Positions 1 through 9,996 of a stretch of 45,156 nucleotides of DNA are shown in pieces (the first letter of the stretch is position 1; each line of letters opens with the position of its first letter). The notes beneath the pieces were generated by a model. The model ran no database searches. It had not been told where the DNA came from and saw nothing but the letters and a program-made list of their open reading frames with translations. The position numbers and the translations under genes are program-made. Source of the DNA: a bacterium (GTDB taxonomy: Bacteria > UBA8248); the NCBI GenBank assembly GCA_965213685.1, contig CBDBZY010000026.1, forward strand, positions 1-45,156, given 5' to 3'.

Positions 1-811
1 GCCCCAGGAGCCGCAGGGTGCCGTCCGAGAATTGCTCTTCCGTTTGCCAGGCGTCCTGCCCGCGCCAGTGCCGGTACTTGCCCCGCAGATGGGGCGTGCC
101 GAGGGGGTCGCGCCACAGCTCGATCTCCCCGAGTTGGGGAACGGCGACCTGGAGCGCTTTCTGTATGCGTTTCAGCCGCGCGTTGCGGGTCGGTGTCGGC
201 GTATTGATAACCCGCTCCAGGAAATCGCCGCCAAATGGGTCGTTCGTTCGCCCGACGGAGCGGTCGGGTTCGCGCACCAGTTGCGGAATGATATGCAGAT
301 AGCGGATGGATGCGAAAAAATCAACCAGGGCGCGAAACGGCTTGTTGACGCTCACCTGCTCCAGGTGGGTCTGCGTCAGGCGCGCGGGGTCCTCCGCATC
401 CTCCTTGTCGGGCCTGTCAACGAGCTTGGCGCCGTTGCGCGTCAGGTATTCTTTGCGGAGGCGCGGTCTCTTCTGGTTGTCCTGGTGAAAGACGATCCCG
501 TATCCCCACCTGTCCTCTTCTCCGCCCCCTCGCAACTCGACGTGGACCTCGACGTCCGGCCTTTTGCGCGCCGCCAGACATCGGATGGCGCCCACCCCGC
601 CGCGCCGGCGAACCGCATCTTCAAAGCCGCCGCCGGTGGAGGCGAGATCGCGCAGGAGGCGGAAAGCGTCCAGAAAATTGGATTTTCCCGATGCGTTGGG
701 ACCCACGAGAAAGACGCGATCCTCTATGGCGACGTCGACGTCGGCAAAGTTTTTCCAGTTGCGCAGGCGCAGCCTCCGAATTTTCAAACCGGCGGCCTTC
801 GGCTTTCTCAT
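1..811 (-). CDS. ABC/AAA_21-type (COG4637-like) ATPase, runs off the left edge
   Basis: Manual translation from ATG 811 (RBS GAGGAGGGG): MRKPKAAGLKIRRLRLRNWKNF..., Walker A GPNASGKS, ABC signature-like FSDGTLRLL at the edge. Absent from the ORF track because it has no stop in the window. Confidence 0.85.
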   Translation of the reverse strand, partial: MRKPKAAGLKIRRLRLRNWKNFADVDVAIEDRVFLVGPNASGKSNFLDAFRLLRDLASTGGGFEDAVRRRGGVGAIRCLAARKRPDVEVHVELRGGGEEDRWGYGIVFHQDNQKRPRLRKEYLTRNGAKLVDRPDKEDAEDPARLTQTHLEQVSVNKPFRALVDFFASIRYLHIIPQLVREPDRSVGRTNDPFGGDFLERVINTPTPTRNARLKRIQKALQVAVPQLGEIELWRDPLGTPHLRGKYRHWRGQDAWQTEEQFSDGTLRLLG

Positions 812-3800
812 GGCGCTCCCCTCCTCGTCCGCCGCCGCTTCTCCGACCGCGTCCAGGTCCAGCCAGTAGTGCTGCACCTTGGATACCTCATGCCACGGGA
901 GCCGGGCCGGGTTTTTGATGCGCCGGAGTTCGGGTGCCCCCGCGCAGTTGGTCACCACGTAGAGCCAGAAGCACTCGGGGCGGTCCTCGGCGACGCGCCG
1001 CTCGTTCGGCGTGAGGAAGACGCTGCCCGCAGGCTCGGCGAAGCCCTTCACCTCGATCAGCCGCAGATCGCCCGACGCGGGGTCGAGGCTGGTCACGTCG
1101 TAGCCGAGGTTTTCTTCGTGGACGTCCTCCACGTGGCGCCCCTGTGCGGCCTCATGCTCCATGGCCACCCGCATGGCCGTCATCTCGGTTTCGGGGTTCG
1201 GGCGCAGCCCCCGGGCGTCCAGCGCGCCGCGCTCGGGGGAGGGCAGGATGAGGGCGCTCGCGATTCGCTCGACCCCCTGCAGCGTGAGCTTCCGCTGCCG
1301 CGTCAGTTCCTCGCACCGGCGCGCGCGCCGCGCCTGCGCCTCGGCGTAGCGGATTTCGGCCTGCGCGAGACGTCCCTCGGCGCCGGTGACCTCCTGGGCC
1401 GCCTCCTCGGCTGCGCGGCCGATTTCCTTGTCGAGCCGATGGAGAACCTCCGTCAGGGAGAGCGCTACGTGCCTGCCGATTCGCTCGACCTCGGCCACCC
1501 GCTCCGCGCGAACCTCCTCGATGAAGGGCGCGAGGGCATGCTCGTTGAGCCAGGCGGTCGCCTCCGGGAGGGCGGCCGCGGGGGGCGGTTCATCGGGCGC
1601 GGCGGCCGGGCGCATGTCGCCGAGTATGTCGGGTTGGCGGAGGCGGGGGGAGGCGCCGCTCGTCAGCTCCGCCGTGAACAGCCGCTCCTGAATGACGCGC
1701 CCGAGGCCGTCCACGACCCGCGCCCGGTAGAAGTCGAGCCGCGCCGGCGCGTCATGGGCGAGGGAATGAAAGCAGGCGCCTCTGGCGAAGGCGTCCCCCG
1801 CGCGGTCGAGGCTGTGGCGGCGCAGCGCCTCGAACAGCGGATGCCCGGGCGTCACCCATTCCATGTGGTTCTCCTCCGCCGTCTCGCGGTCTGTGGAGAG
1901 GCGCGGATACTGGCTCGCCAGCTCCGCGAGCCTCCAGTCCGCCTCCCGCTCATACTTTTTCAGGGCGGACGGCGTCCGGCCCGGCCGGAACGCATGGGGC
2001 GTGCGGCGCACCGGCCGCAGCGTCAGGCCGGCGTCCCGGGCGCACTCCTGGATGAAGCGCGCGATCGTCTCGGGAACGACGCGCCGCTCCTGCGCCCGGG
2101 CGCGGCGCTTGAGGAGCATGTCGAGGTGGAGCCTCTTCGCGGCCAGTCCCTCCAGGGCCGTCTGGCAGATGGATCGGAAACGGCCTTCGTCCACGTCCCT
2201 CAGGAGCCGATCCTCCAGATCGGCGTCGCCCAGCTTGCCCGCGTAGTAGTCCCGCAGCACGCGCTCCACGTGGGCGGACGGCAAGACCTCGCCCACCACG
2301 TTGAACACCGCGTCGTCATCGAGGGCGTCGCGAATCTCCTGGAGCTTGTCCAGGAGGCGGAGGGAGCACCCGCCCTTCGATGGTGTTGGCGGCGACGAAG
2401 TTGAATATCAGGCAGTCGCGCCGTTGTCCGTAGCGGTGGATGCGGCCCATGCGCTGTTCGAGCCGGTTCGGGTTCCAGGGGATGTCGTAGTTGAACAGGA
2501 TGTGGCAGCACTGCAGGTTGATGCCCTCGCCCGCCGCCTCGGTCGCCACCAGAACCTGGATGGCACCCTCGCGGAACTGCTGTTCGGCGTGGAGCCGGCT
2601 TCCCGGTTCGTCGCGCGCGCCGGACTTCATGCCGCCGTGGATGCAGCCGACCCGAAAGCCCCAGTCTTTCATCCGCTCCACCAGGTGGTCGAGGGTGTCC
2701 CGGAATTCCGTGAAGAGCAGCAGCCGCTGGTCGGGACGGTCGAAGAACCCCTCCTCGCGCATGATTTCCCGCAGGCGCCCGAGTTTCGCCTCCCCGCCCG
2801 AGCCCTCGACCGCCTTCGCCTCCTCGGCCAGCCCCCGCAGTTCCGCGACCTCCGCACGCACCTGATCGGCGTTGCCGGCCAGCGTGACCGCCTCGAGCTG
2901 GCGCTCCAGGCGCTCGCGCTCGGCGTCCTCGAACTCATCGAGCTCCTCCCGGTCGGGCAGGCTCGGCGGCGCTTTCCGCAAAAGCTCCCGGGCGCGCTTG
3001 AGCCCCTCCTCGAGCCTGCGCGCGCGATTCTCCAGGGAGCGCCGCATGGCGTAGGCACTCGACGCGAGGCGACGCTGGTAGAGCGACATCAGGAAACCGA
3101 CCGCCCGGGCGCGCGGGTCGTCGCCCTGCGCCGCCGCGCGCGCGCTCTGTCGCTTCACGAACCGCGTGACCTCCTGGTAGAGCGCGAGCTCGGGGCCATC
3201 GATGTCAAAGTTGGCGGTGCGCGGGATGCGCCTGGTGAACACCGGCTGCGCGGCCCACGTCCCCGTCCGCCTGACGCTCCGGAAAGTAGACCATCGCCTC
3301 CTTGGTGCGGCGCAGGTAGAAGGGGGCCCGCCGTTTGTCCATGGCCTCGCGGATCGACTTCACGTCGGCGTAGGCGTCCCGGTCGAGCAGCTGCAGGAAC
3401 AGCGTGAAGTTCTGCGGGTCGCCCTTGTGGGGCGTGGCGGTGAGCAGGAGCACGTGATCGGCGCTGTCGCGCAGCAATTCCCCCAGCCTGTAGCGCTGGC
3501 TCTTGTGCGTCTCGTCGCGGGCCGACATGCGGTGCGCCTCATCCACGATCACCATATCCCAACGCGCCTGGCGCAGCCCGGGCAATATCTCGGTGCGCTT
3601 GGCGAGGTCGAGCGAGGTGATGATCTGCTTTTGATCCATCCACTGGTTGACCCCGAATTGCTCGCGGATGTCGCCGCCCTTCATCACACGGAACGTCTCG
3701 TCGAACTTCTCCTTGAGCTCCCGCTGCCACTGGAACGAGAGGTTGGCGGGGCAGACGACGAGAATCCGCTCGATGAGGCCCCGCAGCTTGAGCTCGCGGA

Positions 3801-4224
3801 CCAGGAGGCCGGCCATGATGGTCTTGCCCGCACCGGCGTCGTCGGCGAGCAGGAAGCGCACGCTGGGGAGCTTGAGCATGTGCTCATAGACCGCGTCGAG
3901 CTGGTGCGGCAGCGGGTCCACGCGCGAGATGGAAAGCCCGAAATAGGGGTCGAACTCATAGGCGATGCCGAGCGCGTAGGCCTGGAGGCCGATGCGCAGA
4001 AGCCGCCCGTCGCCGCCGTAGGAGAGGACGGAGTCGGCGATGGCGAGGTTCGATATGTCATCCGAGGTCAGCGTAACGCGCAGAAACCTCTCGGAGCGCT
4101 GGCCCACGAGCCCCGCGACCCAAACGCCCGGACCGTCTGGGCGGACGGTCTCCACGCGCATCGGTTCGCGGAACAGCGAGCCGCTCAGGACTTGCCCTTC
4201 GTGGATGGGCGCCTCAGCAGTCAA
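808..4224 (-). CDS. SNF2-family helicase with C-terminal DUF3883-like PD-(D/E)xK nuclease domain (split by homopolymer indels)
   Basis: Motifs LADDAGAGKT, DEAH, TATPH, VATEAAGEGINLQ, EQRMGRIHRYGQ; C-terminal GYDV...LIEVKG...LTPNE. Removing one base at 3261-3264 and one at 2362-2364 joins the three pieces. End at 808 assumes a third extra base at 818-821. Confidence 0.85.
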
Positions 4225-4373
4225 CGGCGTCCTCCCTGGCCGTCATCGACCCGCCCCTGCGTGATGAGGCCAAACCGGGGAAACACTAGTCTGTATATGG
4301 AGATCGACGCTTCCGGTCAATTCGGGGTTTCGCGCGCGCGAACGAGGCCTCCAGGCTGGACGCTTGGAAAAAG

Positions 4374-4448
4374 TGGCTCCGGCGGTAGGATTCGAACCTA
4401 CAACCCATCGGTTAACAGCCGATTGCTCTGCCGTTGAGCTACGCCGGA
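4374..4448 (-). tRNA. tRNA-Asn (GTT)
   Basis: TCCGGCGTAGCTCAACGGCAGAGCAATCGGCT-GTT-AACCGATGGGTTGTAGGTTCGAATCCTACCGCCGGAGCCA: 75 nt cloverleaf, GTTCGAATC T-loop, encoded CCA. Confidence 0.97.
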
Positions 4449-4498
4449 TCGACGGCCATTTTACGCGGGCCGGGCGCCCGCCTCCAAACGCAGGGTTT

Positions 4499-4528
4499 TT
4501 TATATGTAGGCGGGGGTGCGATTGTCAA
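4499..4528 (-). promoter_or_regulatory. sigma70-type promoter for tRNA-Asn
   Basis: TTGACA-N18-TATAAA about 50 nt upstream of the tRNA. Confidence 0.6.
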
Positions 4529-4547
4529 GACTGCCGGGCGGAGTCCG

Positions 4548-5366
4548 TCAAAATCCGTAATAGCGCGGGTAGCCCTGCTTCTCCCAAAAACCGCCCATGT
4601 CCTCGTTCGTGAAAAAGATGTAGCGCAGGAATTTGGCGCTTTTCCAGCCGATGTTTGTGGGCGAGGCGAGGCGCAGGGGCGCGCCGTGCATCATCGGCAG
4701 AGGCTCGCCGTTGTATTCATAAGCCAGAACGTTTTGCGGGTGCATCGCCTGCTGGAGGTCGAAGGTCACGCTGTAGCGCTCATGGCCGTTTGCGGTGGCG
4801 AGCAGGTCGTCGCACAGAAAGAAAACGTAGCGGCTCTCCGGCCGGAGCCGGTGCGCCTGGATAAAACGCGCGAGGTCCACGCCCCGCCAGTGGCATATGG
4901 CGCTCCAGCCCTCCACGCAGATGTGCTCGACCGTCTGCTCCAGGGCGGGCATCTCGCGCAACTGCGCCAGCGTGTAGTTCTGGACCCAGTGTCTTTTCAT
5001 CATCCGTTGCTCCCGCAAGCGGGCCTCTCCCACGATGAGCCGCCACTCTTCGGGGGGCGTCTGGATGAGCCGGGAATCGGGCGTGACCACCGATCCGTTG
5101 GGCCGCATCTGATCGGGCTGAACGGCGCTTCTCGGGTAGGTGCGCGCCAGTCGGTGATTGCTGTCCGCCGCGAGGCCCACCTTGTGGTTCAGGCGCTCAA
5201 ACCAGCTGAGGGCGGCCTGTGCCCAGGGCGCTTCGTTCAGGCGGGAACAGCCGGCCATGAAGGCGGACAGGGCGGCGAGGAGCATTTTCAGGAATCCCCG
5301 TCGAGACGCCCCCCGCCCATCTCCATTCCCTCCGACCTCCCGCTTTCGCGGTTCGTTTTTTCTCAT
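4548..5366 (-). CDS. Tat-exported molybdopterin-dependent oxidoreductase (sulfite oxidase/MsrP-like family)
   Basis: Tat motif SRRGFLK then lipobox-like FMAGC; Mo-ligand motif HICVEGWS; LAYEYNGEPLPMMHGAPLRL and GWKSAK motifs; ATGA overlap with the upstream gene. Confidence 0.88.
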   Translation of the reverse strand: MRKNEPRKREVGGNGDGRGASRRGFLKMLLAALSAFMAGCSRLNEAPWAQAALSWFERLNHKVGLAADSNHRLARTYPRSAVQPDQMRPNGSVVTPDSRLIQTPPEEWRLIVGEARLREQRMMKRHWVQNYTLAQLREMPALEQTVEHICVEGWSAICHWRGVDLARFIQAHRLRPESRYVFFLCDDLLATANGHERYSVTFDLQQAMHPQNVLAYEYNGEPLPMMHGAPLRLASPTNIGWKSAKFLRYIFFTNEDMGGFWEKQGYPRYYGF

Positions 5367-5656
5367 CTTCTCTCTCCCGGGGTCTCGTCCCGTGGTTTCA
5401 GCAGCCTGGCGACGATGGGCACCACCACCGGGACGACCAGGAGGAGGGAGGCGGGAAACAGGATGCCGGCCCAGCCCAGAAAGGTGAACTGAAACCGCGT
5501 CATCTCCGCCATCGCCCCGCTCAGCAGGTATGCGGCGAGGAGGGCGAAAAGGGCGTTGAAGCAAACGATGCACAAGACCAGTCTGCCCACGAAAAGCCTG
5601 CGCCTCGCCAGTCTGGTCGGCAGGGTGAAGCCCGCCCGATCTTCTGGTGCGCCCAT
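5363..5656 (-). CDS. small membrane protein, 2 predicted TM helices
   Basis: 97 aa with two hydrophobic stretches; fills the gap between cytochrome b and the Mo enzyme; ATGA overlap. Confidence 0.65.
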   Translation of the reverse strand: MGAPEDRAGFTLPTRLARRRLFVGRLVLCIVCFNALFALLAAYLLSGAMAEMTRFQFTFLGWAGILFPASLLLVVPVVVPIVARLLKPRDETPGERR

Positions 5657-5660
5657 CCGC

Positions 5661-6641
5661 TCAGCTCCCGACGCTTCGCGTCCGCCGGACGCGCCCGATG
5701 CGCCCTCCTCGCATGAGGCCCGCCCGAACGAACAGGTAGGCCAGCGCGCCGAACCACGCCCCCGAGGCTGTGCCGCCGAACAGCGCGTTCAGCATATCCG
5801 CGACGAGGCTTCCTGCCCAGAAGGAGACGGCGAGGATCATCCCCTCCGAGACGAGGCGCCCCAGGCGCCTGGCGAATTGTCTTTGCCTGGCCTGAAATGC
5901 GTCGCGCTCCGCCTTGACGCCGACGATCATGGGCGCCAGGCCGCGCCGCCATCCGTGGGACGCCACCATGAGCAGATGCCCGAGCGTGAAAAGGATGAGG
6001 AACAGCATGACGAGGAAGTGCAGGAACCTGCTCGACTGATACCCCCCGAACAGCCAGGTCAGCCACCCGAGCTGCACGGGCTTCAGGATGGCGAGCCCGG
6101 TGAGGACGGAGAGGACGCCGGCCAGTATGACGGCGTTGTACGCGAACTTCTGAATCGGGTGGAACTTTCCGTCCCCGGGCGGATGGTGAAAGGTTCGTAT
6201 GGGGTGAAGGAGCATCTGTTTCGCACCGGAGAAATCCTCCCGCGCGATGCGGTAGTGGCGCCCTTCCTCCGTGAGGAGAAGGGAGAGCAAGAAAACCAGG
6301 CCGTTGATGGTGTAGGGCCACATGAGGGCGAAGTGCCAGCGGAGGGCGCCCGCGAGCCATCCCCCGAGCCCGAACGTGTTCGCGAGGGACTGGACGAAAC
6401 TTCTGTAGTCAGCCCCGAGTTCGATGCCGCGCGCGTCGGCCTGGGCCTGCGTGCCCCGCACCGCCGCGAAGATGGTTTCCGGGTTGGGCCGGTCCGGCCC
6501 GAAGGCGGGATACGCCCACCATATCTGAAGCCCGCTCGCCATCATCAACAGCAGCAACGGGACGTTCAGCCAGTGGGTGATCCGCAACAGGGGGGAGTAG
6601 GCGTAGGCCGGTGCGCGCGGCGTTTTTTCCGTCTCCATCAT
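5661..6641 (-). CDS. b-type cytochrome membrane subunit (Ni/Fe-hydrogenase / thiosulfate reductase cyt b family) with extra C-terminal TM segments
   Basis: LRITHWLN, LRWHFALMW, KFHPIQKFAY, RFLHFLVM..GHLLMV heme-His motifs; ATG 6641 overlaps the upstream TGA. Confidence 0.85.
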   Translation of the reverse strand: MMETEKTPRAPAYAYSPLLRITHWLNVPLLLLMMASGLQIWWAYPAFGPDRPNPETIFAAVRGTQAQADARGIELGADYRSFVQSLANTFGLGGWLAGALRWHFALMWPYTINGLVFLLSLLLTEEGRHYRIAREDFSGAKQMLLHPIRTFHHPPGDGKFHPIQKFAYNAVILAGVLSVLTGLAILKPVQLGWLTWLFGGYQSSRFLHFLVMLFLILFTLGHLLMVASHGWRRGLAPMIVGVKAERDAFQARQRQFARRLGRLVSEGMILAVSFWAGSLVADMLNALFGGTASGAWFGALAYLFVRAGLMRGGRIGRVRRTRSVGS

Positions 6642-7177
6642 CGTTCGGCGAGCAGCTGCAGGATCATCGCTTCGGTGCGCGCGTGGTTGCCCTCGCCAAT
6701 CGTCTGGAATCGCACGATTCCCCTCTTGTCGATCAGGTATTTCGTCGGCCAGTAGCGGTTGCGGTAGGCGTTCCAGTTGGCGAACCGGTTGTCCATCACG
6801 ACGGGGTAGGGGATGCGGAGCCTGGCGATGGCGGCCTCTACGTTCTCTTTGCTCTTCTCGAAGCCGAACTCGGGCGCGTGGTTTCCGATGATGACCAGGC
6901 CCCGGTGCCTGTAGCGCTCGTGCCACGAACGCAGCGTGGGGAGCTCCCGCACGCAGTTGATTCAGCCGAACGTCCACATGTCGAGGAGCACGACCTTGCC
7001 GCGCAATTCCGCGAGCTGCAGCGGTGTATTGTTGTTGTCGCCGCCGCCCAGCCAGGGCCCGCCCCGCAGCTCGGGTGCGCGCGTTCCGGGTGCGAGCCCC
7101 GACGCGCGCGCCTGAGGGAGCGTCCAGAACATGGCGAGGAGCGCCGCGGCGCCGGCATAGGCCCAAGCGCGCTTCAT
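6638..7177 (-). CDS. secreted thioredoxin-fold (TlpA/DipZ C-terminal-like) selenoprotein, UxxC
   Basis: Track ORFs 6962-7243 and 6638-6952 are the same frame, joined across TGA 6962-6964: LRGKVVLLDMWTFG-U-INCVRELP...NHAPEF...YWPTKYLIDKRG. Signal peptide from ATG 7177, RBS AGGAG. Confidence 0.88.
6934..6954 (-). promoter_or_regulatory. putative bacterial SECIS hairpin
   Basis: GCGUG-C-GGG[AGCU]CCC-CACGC at +8..+28 after the UGA; loop G at +18. Confidence 0.6.
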
Positions 7178-7340
7178 CGTGGTCTCCTGTTGCGGGAAAG
7201 CCGCCTGCGCGGATACTTTAGGGAAATGATTGAACGGATGCAAATACTTCTATACGATGATCGGGCGGATTTTCCGACCTGTGGCGCTTCGCGGGTTTTG
7301 CCCAGTTGCGGGCAAGGAGACGGAAGAGGGGTATCCGGGG

Positions 7341-7697
7341 ATGAAACACTACCATTTCGAGGAGATGGAGCCGCACGACACCGGGGAGCGCGTCCAGCGG
7401 GTGGTGGCCGGCGAGCGCTTGACGGTGCTTCGCCAGACGATTCGCGCGGGCGTGGACATGTACAACCCCCATTCGCATCCGAACGAGCAGATGACGATCG
7501 TCCTTCAGGGAGAGGCGCGGTTCGAGTGCGGGGGCGAGGAGGTGGTGCTCGGGCCGGGCGGCGTGGTGGTGTTTCCGCCGCATCAGGAGCATTCCACCCG
7601 AAACGCGGGCGACGGAGAGCTCGTTCTGGAGGAGATATTCACGCCGGGCGTCGAGGCGCTGAACCGACTCGCGCGCGAGGGCGGGGCGGGCCGATGA
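7341..7697 (+). CDS. cupin-domain protein
   Basis: PHSHPNEQ...VFPPHQEHS cupin motifs. Confidence 0.85.
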   Translation: MKHYHFEEMEPHDTGERVQRVVAGERLTVLRQTIRAGVDMYNPHSHPNEQMTIVLQGEARFECGGEEVVLGPGGVVVFPPHQEHSTRNAGDGELVLEEIFTPGVEALNRLAREGGAGR

Positions 7698-7745
7698 GCG
7701 CCGCGTGGATGGCCTCGCCGGACGTTCCGTGGAGTGGGGAGAAGC

Positions 7746-8543
7746 GTGGGTCGTCTGACGATTGCGGGACTCAGCAAAGATTTTGAGGATGTGCGGGCAG
7801 TGGATAATCTCTCCCTCACGCTGGAGGAGGGGGAATTCATGGTGCTCGTCGGTCCCACCGGTTGCGGGAAATCGACCCTCCTGCGCCTGATCGCCGGCGT
7901 GGAGGATGCGGATGGCGGGCACATCTACCTGGACGGGGCGCGCGTCAACGACCTCCCCCCCGGCCAGCGCGGGGTTCAGCTCGTCTTCCAGAGCTACGCC
8001 CTCTGGCCGCACATGAAGGTGTTTGACGAGAGGGGATACTCCAACCTGGGCTTCGCGCTGAAAATTCGGCGGTGGCTCCCGGGCATCCTCAACGAGCGCG
8101 TCCAGGACGTGATGCGGCGCGTGGGAATCGCCAAGAGCTGGTCGGGCCGACACCCGCACCGGCTGAGTTCGGGTCAGCAGCAAAAAGTGGCGATTGGCCG
8201 GGCGATCGCCATCCCCCCGCGCGTTTTTCTGCTCGACGAGCCCTTGGCGAACATCGATCCGGTCGCCAGGCTCGAGGTGCGAAAGGAGTTGCGGAGGGTG
8301 CACGACGACATCGGGGCGATGAGCCTGCTGGTGACGCACGACCTGAACGATGCGTTCCAGATCGCGGATCGAATCGCCGTGATGCGCGACGGGGCAATCG
8401 TTCAGGTGGATACGCCGGAGTCCCTCATCCACCATCCGGCGAACGCCTTCGTCGAGGGATTTCTCTCGAGCGTGCACCACGAAAGGCTGCTGCGGGAGTT
8501 TCGGGCGAGGCGTCGGGTGCGAAAATCCGAAGCCGGCTCCTGA
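7746..8543 (+). CDS. ABC transporter ATP-binding protein (MalK/PotA-like)
   Basis: GPTGCGKS, VFQSYALWPH, LSSGQQQ, LLDEP, VTHD. Start could be GTG 7734 or 7746. Confidence 0.9.
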   Translation: MGRLTIAGLSKDFEDVRAVDNLSLTLEEGEFMVLVGPTGCGKSTLLRLIAGVEDADGGHIYLDGARVNDLPPGQRGVQLVFQSYALWPHMKVFDERGYSNLGFALKIRRWLPGILNERVQDVMRRVGIAKSWSGRHPHRLSSGQQQKVAIGRAIAIPPRVFLLDEPLANIDPVARLEVRKELRRVHDDIGAMSLLVTHDLNDAFQIADRIAVMRDGAIVQVDTPESLIHHPANAFVEGFLSSVHHERLLREFRARRRVRKSEAGS

Positions 8544-8544
8544 T

Positions 8545-9378
8545 TCACCCCGCCCCGGGGTTTTGCAGGAAGTCCCGCCATGCGTCCCAGTAGGTGGCGC
8601 CCCCGGCGAGGTATGTGTCGTTGTGGCCCGCCCCCCGGATGGTGAAAAAGCGTTTGTGGGGGGCGCGCGCCGCCTCGTAGAGTCGTTTTCCCTGGGCGTG
8701 GGGGACGATTCCGTCCCTGTCTCCATGCAGGATGAGCAAGGGCATCTCCACCTCGGGAATCATGGATGCGTTGTCGAATTTCTGGGAGATGAACCAGCCG
8801 ACCGGCAAAAAGGGAAACAGTTTTTTCCCCATGGCGATGATGTTCTCGAACGGGCTCTCCAGGATGAGGCCCCGCGCGCGCTTCCCCTCCACCGCGAGCC
8901 GGACGACCACGGCCGCGCCGATGGACCGGCCGAACAGAAAAACGCGCTCGTGCGGCATGCGCCCCGTGAGCCAGGCGTATGCGGCCCTCCCGTCGGCGTA
9001 GAGGCCCTCTTCGCTTGGCCTGCCCTCGCTTTTTCCATACCCCCGGTAGTCGAACAGGAATACCCCGGCGCCCAGTTCTTTTTGGATGAACGCAATGTTC
9101 TCCGCACGGTGCGAAAGGTTGCCGGCGTTGCCGTGTGCCCAGAGGAGAACCGGGCCGTTCGCCTCTTGGGGCGCGACGTACCAGCCGTGAATGCGCGCGC
9201 CGTCCTCGGTCTCGAGGTGGACGTTTTCGTAATCGACGCCATAGGTCCTGGGCGTCAGGTCGAGCTGCCGGTGGGGGTGGTAGAGGAGGAAGTTCTCGAG
9301 GAGGCCGATCATCCCTATCGCCAGCAATCCGCCAAGGGCGAGGAGTGCGTAGCGATGGAATTTCTGGGATAGGCGCAA
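8545..9378 (-). CDS. alpha/beta hydrolase (ABHD13/Bem46-like) with N-terminal TM anchor
   Basis: HGNAGN, DYRGYGKSEG, GRSIG nucleophile elbow, HGDRD, GAGHND. Confidence 0.9.
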   Translation of the reverse strand: MRLSQKFHRYALLALGGLLAIGMIGLLENFLLYHPHRQLDLTPRTYGVDYENVHLETEDGARIHGWYVAPQEANGPVLLWAHGNAGNLSHRAENIAFIQKELGAGVFLFDYRGYGKSEGRPSEEGLYADGRAAYAWLTGRMPHERVFLFGRSIGAAVVVRLAVEGKRARGLILESPFENIIAMGKKLFPFLPVGWFISQKFDNASMIPEVEMPLLILHGDRDGIVPHAQGKRLYEAARAPHKRFFTIRGAGHNDTYLAGGATYWDAWRDFLQNPGAG

Positions 9379-9388
9379 TGGTCCGTTC

Positions 9389-9805
9389 TCATTGAGGCGT
9401 TTCCGCCAGGCTCCGGTGCGCGACCTTGATGCAAAGGTTCTGGATGGCGGTGATTCCCGCATCCTCCAGGCGGCGGGCGGACGCCGGGTGGGAGATGCCC
9501 GCCTGCATCCAGAATGCGCCTGGCCGTTTTTTCAGCGCGTCGTCCACCAGAGGGGGGATTTGCGCGGGACGCCGGAACACGTTGACGATGTCGACGGGCG
9601 CCTCCACATCCCCCAGACGCGGATACGCCCTTTCGCCCAGGGAGCGTTCAATGCGGGGGTTGACGGGAATAATGCGATAGCCCGCTTCCTTCAGGTAGGC
9701 GGCGATGCGGTGGCTCGTCCGCGCGGAATCATCCGAGAGGCCGACCACGGCGATTGTCTTGGCCGCAGAAAGTATGGCGGCGATTTTCTGGTTCTCGATG
9801 CGCAT
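9389..9805 (-). CDS. CoA-binding protein (YccU-like)
   Basis: IAVVGLS, YRIIPVNP, VDIVNVFR, WMQAG, NLCIKV. Confidence 0.9.
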   Translation of the reverse strand: MRIENQKIAAILSAAKTIAVVGLSDDSARTSHRIAAYLKEAGYRIIPVNPRIERSLGERAYPRLGDVEAPVDIVNVFRRPAQIPPLVDDALKKRPGAFWMQAGISHPASARRLEDAGITAIQNLCIKVAHRSLAETPQ

Positions 9806-9996
9806 TCCCGCACCCTTCTCCTCTCTTCTTCCCATCCTTCCCACCCGGGGCGATCATAGCATAGACTGGAGAGAATGTGGCAGCCCGACGGCGCCCGGAA
9901 GCCGTTGCCCTGGATGGCGCCAGCCCGTAAGTCCAGGGGGGATGCGCGAGAGTCTTCCGGCGCGCACGAGAAAATATGCTTTCGGGAGGGGAGGGG

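Noticed and set aside
32-2404. 790-aa plus-strand ORF and other long antisense ORFs (15011-17386, 19622-22318, 27513-30971, 32661-34247)
   Set aside because: Shadow frames of real high-GC genes on the opposite strand; no motifs.
6642-7166. N-terminal extension of cytochrome b in the 501-aa track ORF
   Set aside because: It is an alternate frame over the Sec-thioredoxin gene.
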